Positions 37,271-46,034 of a stretch of 64,000 nt of DNA are shown here, in pieces. The notes under the pieces are model-generated. The model worked only from the letters and a program-made list of their open reading frames with translations. It ran no database searches and had not been told where the DNA came from. Within the stretch, counting starts at the first letter, position 1. Every line of letters begins with the position of its first letter. Origin of the DNA: Candidatus Aldehydirespirator sp. (GTDB lineage: Bacteria > Actinomycetota > Acidimicrobiia > Acidimicrobiales > Aldehydirespiratoraceae); assembly GCA_965248735.1 (NCBI GenBank), contig OZ252146.1, positions 4,050,925 to 4,114,924 on the forward strand, written 5' to 3'. The translations under genes and the position numbers were made by a program.

Positions 37271-39301
37271 AAGGCGCGGCGTGTAGTCGTGGTCGCAGCC
37301 GCTTCGGTGGCGGTGGTGATTGGGGGCGTGGTCGGCTGCAGCGCGGAGGACGGCGACCCTGCACGCACCAGCGCCACCGGCGACGAACCCGCAGTACCCG
37401 ATACGCCAACGGCGGCAGCCACGAAGGAACCCGGTTCGGGATCATCTGACGAGGTGCCCAGAAGCGAGCCCGAGCCTGCGGATGCCAGCGCCCCCGACCA
37501 GCCCGCCCGCGACGGTGCCTCTGAGGGAGCCGAGGCTCAGGCGCCTGAGACCGACGGGTCCGAAGATGAGGTTGCGACATCGGCGACGACTGCGCCCGAG
37601 CAGCTCTCGACCGGCCCCGTGCTGCAGTGGACCGAGATCGACCCGGGCTTCGACGACCTGTTCATGCTCGAGTCCGCGGGCGACGGTCGGGTGACCGCTC
37701 GGGCCTGGGCGGACGGCGACGGACAGGGACTCTTCGGCGAACGGGTCGTCGTCTCGGCCAACGGCACCGACTGGACCGAGGTCCCCCTGCCCGAGGGTCT
37801 GTTCCCCGATCAGGTCAACCTCTCGTCGGGTCGCTGGGTCGTCACCGGCCGATACCCCGATGTCGACCCGCACGACATCGGGCTTGATCGAGTGTTCTTC
37901 TCCGACGATCAGGGAGCCACCTGGACCGAGACGGTCATCGAGTTCCCGTCGGACTCTGCGTCTCCGTACGCGGCTGAACTCTGGCGGGCGTCGCCGGTGC
38001 TGGTGGCGGGCAAGCGCATGGTGCTGGTGCTCTCGGGCTACAGCACCATCAACGGCCAAGCGCTGCTCGAAGACCTCGGCCATCTTCCCGACGGCAAGAG
38101 GGTCGTCTTCACCCTGCCCACGCCCGACGGGGTGGAGTTCACGCTGGTCGATGCCGATGCCCCGAACGACCTTTCCTCCCTTGCGTTCTCACCCACGTTC
38201 ACCGCCTCCGCTCTGGCTTCGATGCACGGCTACTTCGACGAGGTGGAGGAGCCCGAGCTGACCTTCGACGAACTGGAGCTGAGCTACGACGAAGTCGGCT
38301 TCACCGAGGACGAGATGTTCGACTTGTTCGCCCCCCGTGACGGCCCGCTGAACCACGCCTTCAGCAGTGACGGCCCCATCGCGGAGTTGGTCACCAGCTT
38401 CGACGGCCTGAGCGTGTCGGGAGCGGTCATCGATGAGGGCTTCGTCTTGACAGTCATCACCGGAACGACCGGAATGGAGGAAACGGTCCTCACTTCTTCC
38501 GACGGACTCGCATGGAGCGAGGCCCCGTCGTTCGGACCGGGATACTTCGGTGGAACAGTCTCGAACGACGGCACGATCTGGTGGGTCGTGTTCCAGAGCG
38601 AAGGGTCGTTCGAAGTCCGGCAGGCCCGCCTGGGCGAGAGGCCCGAGACGGTGGCGACATTCCGAGGCCTTCAGTACCCCAGAGTCCCGCTCCTGGGCCC
38701 GGCCGGCCTCGTGATCATCGCAACCGCATCTCCAGGCGGCTCGCCTCGAATCGACGACGGGCTGCCTGAAGGCCGGGTCGCCAGGGCCGGCTACGAGCTG
38801 CGCTACGAAGCCGACGGCGGTCTCACCCTATGGGATCTGAATGAAGACACCGCGGTCTACGTGTTCGGCCCCGAGGACATGCGGAGCTCCACACCGCCCG
38901 ATGGCGTCCGGTTGATCGACGAAGGCCAGTCGTCGGCGATCGTCTTCGAAGATCCCGAGACCGGCGCGGACCTCGTTACGTTCACCACGGAGGATTTGGC
39001 CTCCCTCGTTGGGATGACGGCCGCAGAGTTGGAGGCCGCCTCGAGTGGTGATCCAGAGTTGCCGGAACAGTGGGTGGGCTGGTCGGCCGACGGCACCGCC
39101 TGGGGATGGGCGAGCTTGGCCGACGCCTTCGGTATCGACCATGGCGGCATCTGGGCCGAGTTCGCGGTGGGCCGCGACTTCGTGATCGCTCGCGTCGCCA
39201 CGTTCCAGCCCCTCGATCCCGCCGACAGCACCGGCGAGACGTCAGTGTCCCAAGACGGTCAAGACCTGCCAACCCGCTGGTTCATAGCCAAAGTCCCCTA
39301 G
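37229..39301 (+). CDS. Lipoprotein with BNR/Asp-box repeats (beta-propeller-like)
   Basis: Signal and lipobox KARRVVVVAAASVAVVIGGVVGC. Asp-box-like SxDxGxTW motifs: SANGTDWTE, SDDQGATWTE, SSDGLAWSE, SADGTAWGW. An acidic low-complexity linker follows the lipobox. Confidence 0.65.
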   Translation: MLQCEASSPIRGASKARRVVVVAAASVAVVIGGVVGCSAEDGDPARTSATGDEPAVPDTPTAAATKEPGSGSSDEVPRSEPEPADASAPDQPARDGASEGAEAQAPETDGSEDEVATSATTAPEQLSTGPVLQWTEIDPGFDDLFMLESAGDGRVTARAWADGDGQGLFGERVVVSANGTDWTEVPLPEGLFPDQVNLSSGRWVVTGRYPDVDPHDIGLDRVFFSDDQGATWTETVIEFPSDSASPYAAELWRASPVLVAGKRMVLVLSGYSTINGQALLEDLGHLPDGKRVVFTLPTPDGVEFTLVDADAPNDLSSLAFSPTFTASALASMHGYFDEVEEPELTFDELELSYDEVGFTEDEMFDLFAPRDGPLNHAFSSDGPIAELVTSFDGLSVSGAVIDEGFVLTVITGTTGMEETVLTSSDGLAWSEAPSFGPGYFGGTVSNDGTIWWVVFQSEGSFEVRQARLGERPETVATFRGLQYPRVPLLGPAGLVIIATASPGGSPRIDDGLPEGRVARAGYELRYEADGGLTLWDLNEDTAVYVFGPEDMRSSTPPDGVRLIDEGQSSAIVFEDPETGADLVTFTTEDLASLVGMTAAELEAASSGDPELPEQWVGWSADGTAWGWASLADAFGIDHGGIWAEFAVGRDFVIARVATFQPLDPADSTGETSVSQDGQDLPTRWFIAKVP

Positions 39302-39493
39302 CGCTCAACACCGACATCCGCCGCCACCGGCCTGCGCAAGTTCACGACGCTCTCGACGAGCCGATAGCCCCGGCGCCTCGCCCATGGCCCCGCGGGCTGA
39401 GGCTGAGCGTTCCGTATCCGTGCGTCGACGCGGGGCCGTGACGGCCGAGGGCAGGGGCACAGGAAGCGTTGTGGCTGTGCGGCCGCGTTGTGA

Positions 39494-40630
39494 CTATGCC
39501 AGTTGGGTCGCGGTGAACAGGGACTGTTGTTCGGGGGAGGTTGCCGGTGCCCGGGGCGGCTCGGGCTCCGGGGGGTGTGCCCGGTCGAGGAGCGACTCGA
39601 TGTCGTCGAGGCTGGACACCGGGGTTGCGCCGCGCTGCTGGAGGGGCTGGTTGCCGGGGCCTTCGCCGTCGCCTCGCCACACGGCGACCGGCCCGTAGCC
39701 GTGCTTGAGCGCTTCGGTGGCGCCGGACCACGTACCACCCCGGTCAGCGTCGCTGGCTACCACCACCGTCAATGCGGCCTGCGCGTAGATGAGCTTGTTG
39801 CGCCCCATGGCGTTGCCAGCGCTGAACCGGGCGTCGGGGCTGTACGGGGTGCACATGACAGTGCTGCCGTCGTACACGGCCCGGCGCACGTCGGGGCGCT
39901 TTAGCTTGCGCAACAGCGACTCAGCCAAGATCCCCACCACCGCCCCGCCTGCTTCAAAGGCCGCGTCCATGGCGAGCTGGTCTACGCCGCGGGCGCCTCC
40001 CGACACCAGCGGCAGGCCCCGCCGGGCCGCAAGCCCGGCGACTTCTTGGGCCACCTCGCCACCGGCTTCGGACACGTCTCGGCTGCCGACCACTCCCAGT
40101 CCGGGGGTGTCAAGCAGTTCGAGGGCGCCAGCCCCGTGCACCAGCGGGGGCGCCTTGGCTCCGAGCCGGGCTAGCCACTGCTGCGGGTAGTGCTCGTCGA
40201 AGATGGTGAAGGTCTTGATGCCGGACTGGTCGAGCCGGTCGAGCTCGAAGGCCACCGCCGTGGCCCGGTCCATGAGCCCAGCGACGCGGGCCGCGAGATC
40301 CTCAGCCAAGCCGTGGCCGCTCACAAGCTGCTCTTCGCTCTGGCCAAGAAGAATGCCCGGCCCTGCACCAGAATTCGCCGACTCGCCGCCCGAGGCGCCG
40401 GCACCCTCCGACCGCGCGTGTCCCGACGGCGGCCGGATGTCGAGGCGCTCCAGCAGGCGCCAGAACTCAGACGCCTTGAGCGGTCGTACGCCCAGCCCGG
40501 GCAGGCGGCTGACCAGCAGGACCGTAGCCAGCGAGTCCTCGTTGGCGATGCGCCGAGTGGGCACCACCTCGGTGAATTCGACGACCAGGTCATCAATGTC
40601 AACGGTGGTCCGGAACTTCTCGTTCGTCAT
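39494..40630 (-). CDS. DprA/Smf (SLOG-fold) domain protein, PsyrA/RqlI-like
   Basis: DprA Rossmann-like core GVVGSRDVSEAGGEVAQEVA..LVSGGARGVDQLAMDAAFEAGG.VVGILAESL..GRNKLIYA. ATGA overlap with the RecQ-like gene stop (40627-40630). Confidence 0.8.
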   Translation of the reverse strand: MTNEKFRTTVDIDDLVVEFTEVVPTRRIANEDSLATVLLVSRLPGLGVRPLKASEFWRLLERLDIRPPSGHARSEGAGASGGESANSGAGPGILLGQSEEQLVSGHGLAEDLAARVAGLMDRATAVAFELDRLDQSGIKTFTIFDEHYPQQWLARLGAKAPPLVHGAGALELLDTPGLGVVGSRDVSEAGGEVAQEVAGLAARRGLPLVSGGARGVDQLAMDAAFEAGGAVVGILAESLLRKLKRPDVRRAVYDGSTVMCTPYSPDARFSAGNAMGRNKLIYAQAALTVVVASDADRGGTWSGATEALKHGYGPVAVWRGDGEGPGNQPLQQRGATPVSSLDDIESLLDRAHPPEPEPPRAPATSPEQQSLFTATQLA

Positions 40631-42699
40631 GGGACTGACCTCCCGGCCGTATCCGCCAGTGCGAACGGGAGCACCGGCCCAGCACCCGCTTCGAGCAGCA
40701 GCAAGCCGACGACCGTCAGGGTCCAGCGTGAGTCCACCATGTCGTCCACCAGCAGCACTGGACCGGACGGTACTTCGCCCGTGATCTCGAATGCGTCCCG
40801 CACGTTGCGGTACTGCTGCTGGCTGTTCTGCATCGTCTTCTGGGGCTCGGTGTCGCGGGCCCTGACGACAACATCCTTGCAGGCCAGCCCGAGCGACCGC
40901 GCCAGCCGCGCCGCGAAGTCCGGGACCAGCTCGGGACGGCGCAGCGCGGGCACGCATGTCACCCACTCGGGCCCAGGGTCCGGCTGCCAGCGGTCGCGGA
41001 TCAGGTCCCGCGCCGCGGCGACGAGCCGGTCATCGAACCTGGCGTCCGGCTCCTTGCCGGAGCGCACGAGCCTGCCCCAGCCGCCGTCGCCCCACCGGGT
41101 GAGCGCACGCCCGTCCTCAAGCCGGTGTTCGACTGCGATCCGTTTGCCGTCCGGGAACTGCTTGCGAGGTTCGATGCGACGCTCGGATTTGCGGAGGAAG
41201 TCGATGGCCTGTTGCACGGTGCCCGGGTCGAAGCTCCGGTCCAGGCTGACCCCGGTGCAGTTGTCGCAGATGCCGCACGGCTCGGGGTCGTGGTCGTCGA
41301 GGTAGCCGCGCAGCAGCCGCATCCGGCACTGGTCGGTGCTGATGAAGTCGAGCATCTGCTGCTGCTCGGTCCTGCGCAGAGCCGTGACCGAGCTGACCCG
41401 TTCATGATCGAACGTCCAGGGTGCCAGCGTCCGCAGCCACCGGCCACGGTCACGCTCCACCGCGCCCTCCACTTCAAGGACCTTCAGGAGGGCTTGCAGC
41501 GCCTTGTTCGGAATGTTCACGTCTGCGAGCAGTTCTCGCTCGGACATGGGCACAGCCCGGTGCTCCAGCATGCTCACGACCCGCTCGGCTCGATCGGCTG
41601 GAGGGAAGGCCGAACCGATGAAATAGTCCTGGATGTCGGCGTCCTCCGTGCCCCGCAGCAGGACTCCCAATGATTCCCTCAGGGCGCGCCCGGCCCGCCC
41701 GACCTGCTGGTAGTAGGCCACCGGCGAGCCCGGAGACTGGTAGTGGATCACAAAGGCGAGATCAGGCTTGTCGAATCCCATGCCCAGCGCCGACGTGGCC
41801 ACCACGACCTTCACCTCGTTGGACAGCAGCTGCTGTTCGACGGCCCGCCTGTGCTCGTTGTCGCTCTCGCCGCTGTAGGCCACCGCCGTTATGCCCCTCG
41901 AGCGGAGCCAGCCTGCGACCCGCTCGGTGTCGGCCACGGTCAGGCAGTAGACGATGCCGGTGCCGGGCAGCTCTGCGATCACGTCGGCGAGCCATACAAG
42001 CCGCTCCGCCTGCGACGGCTTGTCCAACGCGTGGAGCCGAAGGCCGCTGCGAGCAAGCGGCCCCCTCACGGGCGCGAAGTCCGCTCCGAGCTGGGAGGTC
42101 ACGTCGGCCACCACCCGGTCGTTGGCAGTGGCCGTGCAGCACAGCACCGGCACCCCGGGTGGGAGCAGGTCCAGCACCCGCACCAGGCGCCGGTAGTCGG
42201 GACGGAAGTCGTGGCCCCAGTCGGAGATGCAGTGGGCCTCGTCGATCACCAGCAGGCCGCTTCGCCGACTGATCACCGGCAGAACTTCGTCGCGGAACTG
42301 CTGGTTCGCCAGCCGCTCCGGCGAGATCAGCAGCACGTCAACTTCGTCAGCTTCGATCAGATCGTCAACCTCGCCCCACTCCTCACGGTTAGAGCTGTTG
42401 ATGGTGACGGCGCGCACTCCCAGCCGCTCGGCAGCCTCGATCTGGTTGCGCATGAGTGCGAGCAATGGCGACACCAGCAGCGTGGGGCCAAGCCCACCGT
42501 CTCGAAGCAGCCGGGTGGCGATGAAGTACACAGCGCTCTTGCCCCAGCCCGTCCGCTGCACCAGCAGAACCCGGCCGCGCTCGCCCGCCAACGCCAGGAT
42601 CGCCTCAAGCTGATCAGCCCGGAACGCGCTCGCCGGATCGCCGGTCAGCCGCCGCAGCAGCCCCAGCGCCGCCTCCGCGAGATCGCTTGGGTTTCTCAT
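40627..42699 (-). CDS. RecQ-family helicase fused to a C-terminal phosphoribosyltransferase (ComF-like) domain, PsyrT/RqlH-like
   Basis: RecQ motifs TGWGKSAVYF and DEAHCISDWGHDFRPDY; helicase C VATSALGMGFDKPD and YYQQVGRAGR. Cys cluster CRMRLL..CGICDNC. C-terminal PRTase signature VLLVDDMVDSRWTL. Start set at internal ATG 42699, because the longer ORF would run into the higA gene. Confidence 0.85.
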   Translation of the reverse strand: MRNPSDLAEAALGLLRRLTGDPASAFRADQLEAILALAGERGRVLLVQRTGWGKSAVYFIATRLLRDGGLGPTLLVSPLLALMRNQIEAAERLGVRAVTINSSNREEWGEVDDLIEADEVDVLLISPERLANQQFRDEVLPVISRRSGLLVIDEAHCISDWGHDFRPDYRRLVRVLDLLPPGVPVLCCTATANDRVVADVTSQLGADFAPVRGPLARSGLRLHALDKPSQAERLVWLADVIAELPGTGIVYCLTVADTERVAGWLRSRGITAVAYSGESDNEHRRAVEQQLLSNEVKVVVATSALGMGFDKPDLAFVIHYQSPGSPVAYYQQVGRAGRALRESLGVLLRGTEDADIQDYFIGSAFPPADRAERVVSMLEHRAVPMSERELLADVNIPNKALQALLKVLEVEGAVERDRGRWLRTLAPWTFDHERVSSVTALRRTEQQQMLDFISTDQCRMRLLRGYLDDHDPEPCGICDNCTGVSLDRSFDPGTVQQAIDFLRKSERRIEPRKQFPDGKRIAVEHRLEDGRALTRWGDGGWGRLVRSGKEPDARFDDRLVAAARDLIRDRWQPDPGPEWVTCVPALRRPELVPDFAARLARSLGLACKDVVVRARDTEPQKTMQNSQQQYRNVRDAFEITGEVPSGPVLLVDDMVDSRWTLTVVGLLLLEAGAGPVLPFALADTAGRSVP

Positions 42700-42842
42700 G
42701 TCGCCCGGACTGTAGGCACCTCCTGTGACAACGCCAGAGCGCAGGGCCCGACAGTCAACCACCGACCGACCCTCATCGCGCCGCGGCGCACCGCCCCTCG
42801 GCGATCCACACTCCGCGAAGCGAGTACGGCTTGCGAACCCAC

Positions 42843-43106
42843 TCAGTCGCCCTGAGTCGCGCGCTTCTGATGGAGGCGATAGGCGGCCTGGAGGTTCAGC
42901 CACACCTCGGGCGTGGTACCGAGCGCCTCGGACAGCGCCCGGGCCGTCTCGGCGGTTATGTCCCCTTGCCCGACGACCATCTCCGCCACGGTGTGCACAG
43001 GCTGGCCCATGGCTTCGGCCAAGTCGGCCACGGTCCAGCCGCGCTCCTCCAGTTCGTCACGCAGGTATTCGCTCGGTGGGAAGGCCTCGGCCGGGGTGCC
43101 GGTCAT
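42843..43106 (-). CDS. HigA-family antitoxin / XRE helix-turn-helix protein
   Basis: PPSEYLRDELEERGWTVADLAEAMGQPVHTVAEMVVGQGDITAETARALSEALGTTPEVWLNLQ is the classic HigA HTH layout. ATGA overlap with the upstream toxin gene. Confidence 0.8.
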   Translation of the reverse strand: MTGTPAEAFPPSEYLRDELEERGWTVADLAEAMGQPVHTVAEMVVGQGDITAETARALSEALGTTPEVWLNLQAAYRLHQKRATQGD

Positions 43107-43348
43107 GGTCGGTAGGCTTCCCCGCGCGGCGCCACTCGCAGCACCACGACGACACCGTCCACCGTCTGTCTGTGGATGATGCGGAACTGGCCGAAACGCA
43201 CAGAGCGGCTGCCGCTCCACCTGCCTTGGAGTCGCTTTCCGAGGGTTGGATTGCCGTCGAGCGACCCGATGATTTGCAACGCCCTTGAGCGATCAGCGGC
43301 GGAGAGTCGATCCAGCCCCCGTTGCGCGGGTCTAGCGAGGAGGGGCAT
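43103..43348 (-). CDS. RelE/ParE-superfamily toxin
   Basis: 81 aa. L..L....R.......L..NP..GK.L.G......VRFGQFRIIH....DGVVVVLRVAPRGEAY matches the RelE/ParE pattern. Confidence 0.7.
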   Translation of the reverse strand: MPLLARPAQRGLDRLSAADRSRALQIIGSLDGNPTLGKRLQGRWSGSRSVRFGQFRIIHRQTVDGVVVVLRVAPRGEAYRP

Positions 43349-43670
43349 AGCGATCCAAGGGGAGCAAGTCGCCCGTCGCTATGTCGTGTTCTGCTTCTTC
43401 CAGGTCGGCCATCGCCTCTGGGTCATCCAGGATGGCGAGCGTCTCGAGGGCGCCCTCGAGGTCGCTCCAGTCCAGCTCCGGATGCTGTTGGGCCAGAAGG
43501 AGGACGCTGTCGACGGTAGAGCCCTCCGACGACGCCGCGCCTTCCCGGGCGGCTTTGCTAGCCACGGGCTCGGTGAGGCTGACAGGTCCGGACTCTTCGG
43601 GATCAGACACAGACCGAGCGTACCGCCAGCCCGAGCCGCCGTCGCTGTAGGTGTAGAGGCTCATCGCCAC
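43332..43670 (-). CDS. Phd/YefM/RelB-type antitoxin-like protein
   Basis: The C-terminal TLAILDDPEAMADLEEAEHDIATGDL matches the conserved tail of actinobacterial YefM/RelB-type antitoxins. 17-nt overlap with the toxin start. The N-terminal half is unusual (Ser/Gly/acidic). Confidence 0.5.
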   Translation of the reverse strand: MAMSLYTYSDGGSGWRYARSVSDPEESGPVSLTEPVASKAAREGAASSEGSTVDSVLLLAQQHPELDWSDLEGALETLAILDDPEAMADLEEAEHDIATGDLLPLDRYAPPR

Positions 43671-43735
43671 CCCCGTATTGCTACTCCATTGGACGAGCCC
43701 TCACCGGAGCTGGCTCGACGATGCAGGCCATACTA

Positions 43736-43760
43736 CATGAGCAATGCATGAATACTCATG
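43736..43760. promoter_or_regulatory. Palindromic operator candidate CATGAGCAATGCATGAATACTCATG
   Basis: 6-bp perfect arms (CATGAG/CTCATG) around an ATGCAT-centred spacer, in an AT-rich stretch 66-90 nt upstream of the antitoxin-toxin operon start. Confidence 0.45.
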
Positions 43761-43784
43761 ATATCGCTGACTGACTACCGGCAG

Positions 43785-43895
43785 GCCGACTGCCATGTTG
43801 TCGGTGAGCCCCCTATCGCGATCCGGCGGTCCGGGCCGAGCAGCCCAGAGTGGCGAGCCCGACTGCCATCTTGTCGGTGAGCCCGCTATCGCGAT
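43785..43895 (+). repeat. Two ~38-nt direct repeats (GCCGACTGCCATSTTGTCGGTGAGCCCSCTATCGCGAT), 72-nt period
   Basis: Direct reading: copies at 43785-43822 and 43857-43895. Each contains the small hairpin CCGAC-N9-GTCGG. Confidence 0.8.
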
Positions 43896-44015
43896 GGAAG
43901 ACGCCAGGGCTGTCGCACTCAGCGGCGGGCTCCCCGAAAGGGTGCCCCGCCGGGTCGTTCCCAACCTGTGCCGCCAGGCCATCGAGGCGGCTTGTCTGGA
44001 CTCGGACCGCGGGTG

Positions 44016-45899
44016 CTACCAGCCTTGGGCGTCGAGGAGGGCTTTCAGTTTGCGTTTGGCCCTGTGCTCGGTGCGCACCCGCCCCAGCAGCGACTCGAAG
44101 CGGTCCGGCTCGCCCGCGGCACCGGCCAGGCGGCGGATGCGCCCCATCAGGTCGACCGCGGACTGGTACTGCTTGGCCTGCTTGCGGTCGATGATCGCCA
44201 GGGCCGCGCACTCATACACGGCGATCGCCTCCAGCGGGCAGGGCTTCTCCCGCGCCCGGGCGAGGGTCATCCAGACCTGCGCTCGGCAGCCGTAGTCGTG
44301 GGCCGCGTCCCAGGCGGCGTCGACTATGCCCTCGAACAGCAGGATGTCCACCAGCGCCGCCGCGGCCTGCGGCACCGGCGGCGGCAGCGGCCCGAACGCG
44401 GCCCCGAGCGCCTCCGGGGCGGTCTCGGCGCGAGCCGCGGCCGCCACCGCGGCCACATCGTTGCCGTCCACGGCCCCGAGCGCCTCCGGACCAGCTTCGG
44501 CGCGAGGAGCGCCGGCCAGCGCGCCGACGAGCGCCTCCCGGCAGCGCCGTAACCAGTCCTGTGCGCCGTCCTCGTCGTGCAGGCGACGGTACGCGGTCAG
44601 CGACGGCTCCGACACGAACGCCCGCCAGTAGAGCTCCACCGCGGCCTTCTCCTCGCCGCGGCCGCGCAGCTTGGCGGCCAGGAACTCGCGAAGGTCCCCC
44701 ACCTGCCACGGACGATCGTCCCACTTGTTGAGCCCGCGCCGGGCCCAGGCGATCGCCTCGTCGCCGCGGCCGGCGCGGTCAAGAGCCCACACGATCTCCA
44801 GGACGCTGTCGGGGCGCACCCCGCGGCGGCCCTGCACCTCGATGAGCGTGTCAGGGTCGCCGGTCCCGAGCGCCCATCCCACCATCGCCTGCCGCGCCGC
44901 AAACGTGCGGCCCGACCATGCGCCGGTCTCGTGACCGGTCCGCTTCCCGTGCGGCTCGAGACCCGCCCTGAACGCAGCCAGGCCCTCCTCTCCGAGAACA
45001 TCGGCGTAGGCGGCGGCGCAGCGGTGGAAGCCGTCCAGTTCCGAGGTCAACTCCAGTTCCACAAGGCGGGCCGCAAGCTCCACCGGGTCGGGCGAGCCCG
45101 CCTCGCAGGCCCGAAGGTGCAGCTCCGACAGCCGCCCGGAGAAGCCGCTCAGCCAGCCGTCGGAGTCGTCGACGTACTCCATGGACTTCTCGGCGCGGCG
45201 GTGGGCGTGCTCGGCCAGCCGCGCCGCGGCGTCGTGATGGCCGGCGTCGCAGAGATCGTCGAGGGCGTCGATCACATCGTCGATCCCCGCGGCCCAGCCG
45301 GGCGCCTCCCCATAGGTCACGAAGCCGTGGGCCACGTGGCCCTCGGCTGCGAAGGCCCGGTCGATGCGACGGCGCCACCTTGCAAGGTCGGGGTCGGCGC
45401 CGCTGGCGGCCCGGGCCTCGGCCACAAGCCGCTCACGCAGCCGCCAGTCCGACGCGGCCCTCTCCAGCACGATCTCAACCAGCCGCTCCGGCGCGAGGCC
45501 GGCGACGAAGTCGGCCAGCTCGTCGCCAGCCGCGGGCCCGGCGCCCGGACCCCCGGCCACCCCATCCGCCGACCGACCGGACCCGGCGAACGGAACCAAC
45601 ATCGAAGGGTCGTCGTCCGGGCCCAGCGACAAGGCCGCCGCGACGCAGTGCTTGCAGAACGAGCCGTCCTCAGCCGCCGGGCACGTGCAGGACCATCGCG
45701 GCCTGTCCCGGTCGGCCCACAGCTCCACGAAGTAAGGCATCGTGCCCCGCACCGTCGCCTCCAGCCGCCCGTCCCCGACGTCGCCCGACTCCAGCCGCCC
45801 GTCTCGAAGATAGGCGGCCCCGCGCGAGTACGCCGCCGGACCGGCAAGCCGCCCCACCGTCGCCGCGTCGAACACCTCAGCCAACGATTTCACAGCCAC
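44016..45899 (-). CDS. SWIM zinc-finger protein with long helical-repeat C-terminal region
   Basis: SWIM signature RWSCTCPAAEDGSFCKHCVAAAL (CxC..CxH). The start is uncertain: GTG 45899/45893 are preferred over ATG 46019, which lies only 8 nt from the divergent XRE gene start. Confidence 0.7.
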   Translation of the reverse strand: MAVKSLAEVFDAATVGRLAGPAAYSRGAAYLRDGRLESGDVGDGRLEATVRGTMPYFVELWADRDRPRWSCTCPAAEDGSFCKHCVAAALSLGPDDDPSMLVPFAGSGRSADGVAGGPGAGPAAGDELADFVAGLAPERLVEIVLERAASDWRLRERLVAEARAASGADPDLARWRRRIDRAFAAEGHVAHGFVTYGEAPGWAAGIDDVIDALDDLCDAGHHDAAARLAEHAHRRAEKSMEYVDDSDGWLSGFSGRLSELHLRACEAGSPDPVELAARLVELELTSELDGFHRCAAAYADVLGEEGLAAFRAGLEPHGKRTGHETGAWSGRTFAARQAMVGWALGTGDPDTLIEVQGRRGVRPDSVLEIVWALDRAGRGDEAIAWARRGLNKWDDRPWQVGDLREFLAAKLRGRGEEKAAVELYWRAFVSEPSLTAYRRLHDEDGAQDWLRRCREALVGALAGAPRAEAGPEALGAVDGNDVAAVAAAARAETAPEALGAAFGPLPPPVPQAAAALVDILLFEGIVDAAWDAAHDYGCRAQVWMTLARAREKPCPLEAIAVYECAALAIIDRKQAKQYQSAVDLMGRIRRLAGAAGEPDRFESLLGRVRTEHRAKRKLKALLDAQGW

Positions 45900-46012
45900 A
45901 TTCCTACCGGCGGACCAAGCCAGCACCGCACAGCCCTCATCGACAGAACCTCCAGCCGACTGCGGGACGCTGCGGCGACAAGACTTGCGATTTCCACAAG
46001 TTTCGGGAATGC

Positions 46013-46034
46013 TGTCCATCTGTGGACATGTCCA
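46013..46034. promoter_or_regulatory. Overlapping palindromes TGTCCA-TCTG-TGGACA and TGGACATGTCCA (operator candidate)
   Basis: Direct reading. The perfect 12-nt palindrome contains the ATG of the XRE-ImmA gene. A TTGCGA-17 nt-AATGCT promoter-like pair lies just upstream. Confidence 0.45.

Noticed and set aside
43795-44295. ORFs in the 43.7-44.3 kb spacer (166 aa on the plus strand; 93 aa and 132 aa on the minus strand) as genes
   Set aside because: Their sequences are dominated by translation of the two 38-nt direct repeats and by overlap with the SWIM gene's 3' end. They show no independent coding signal.
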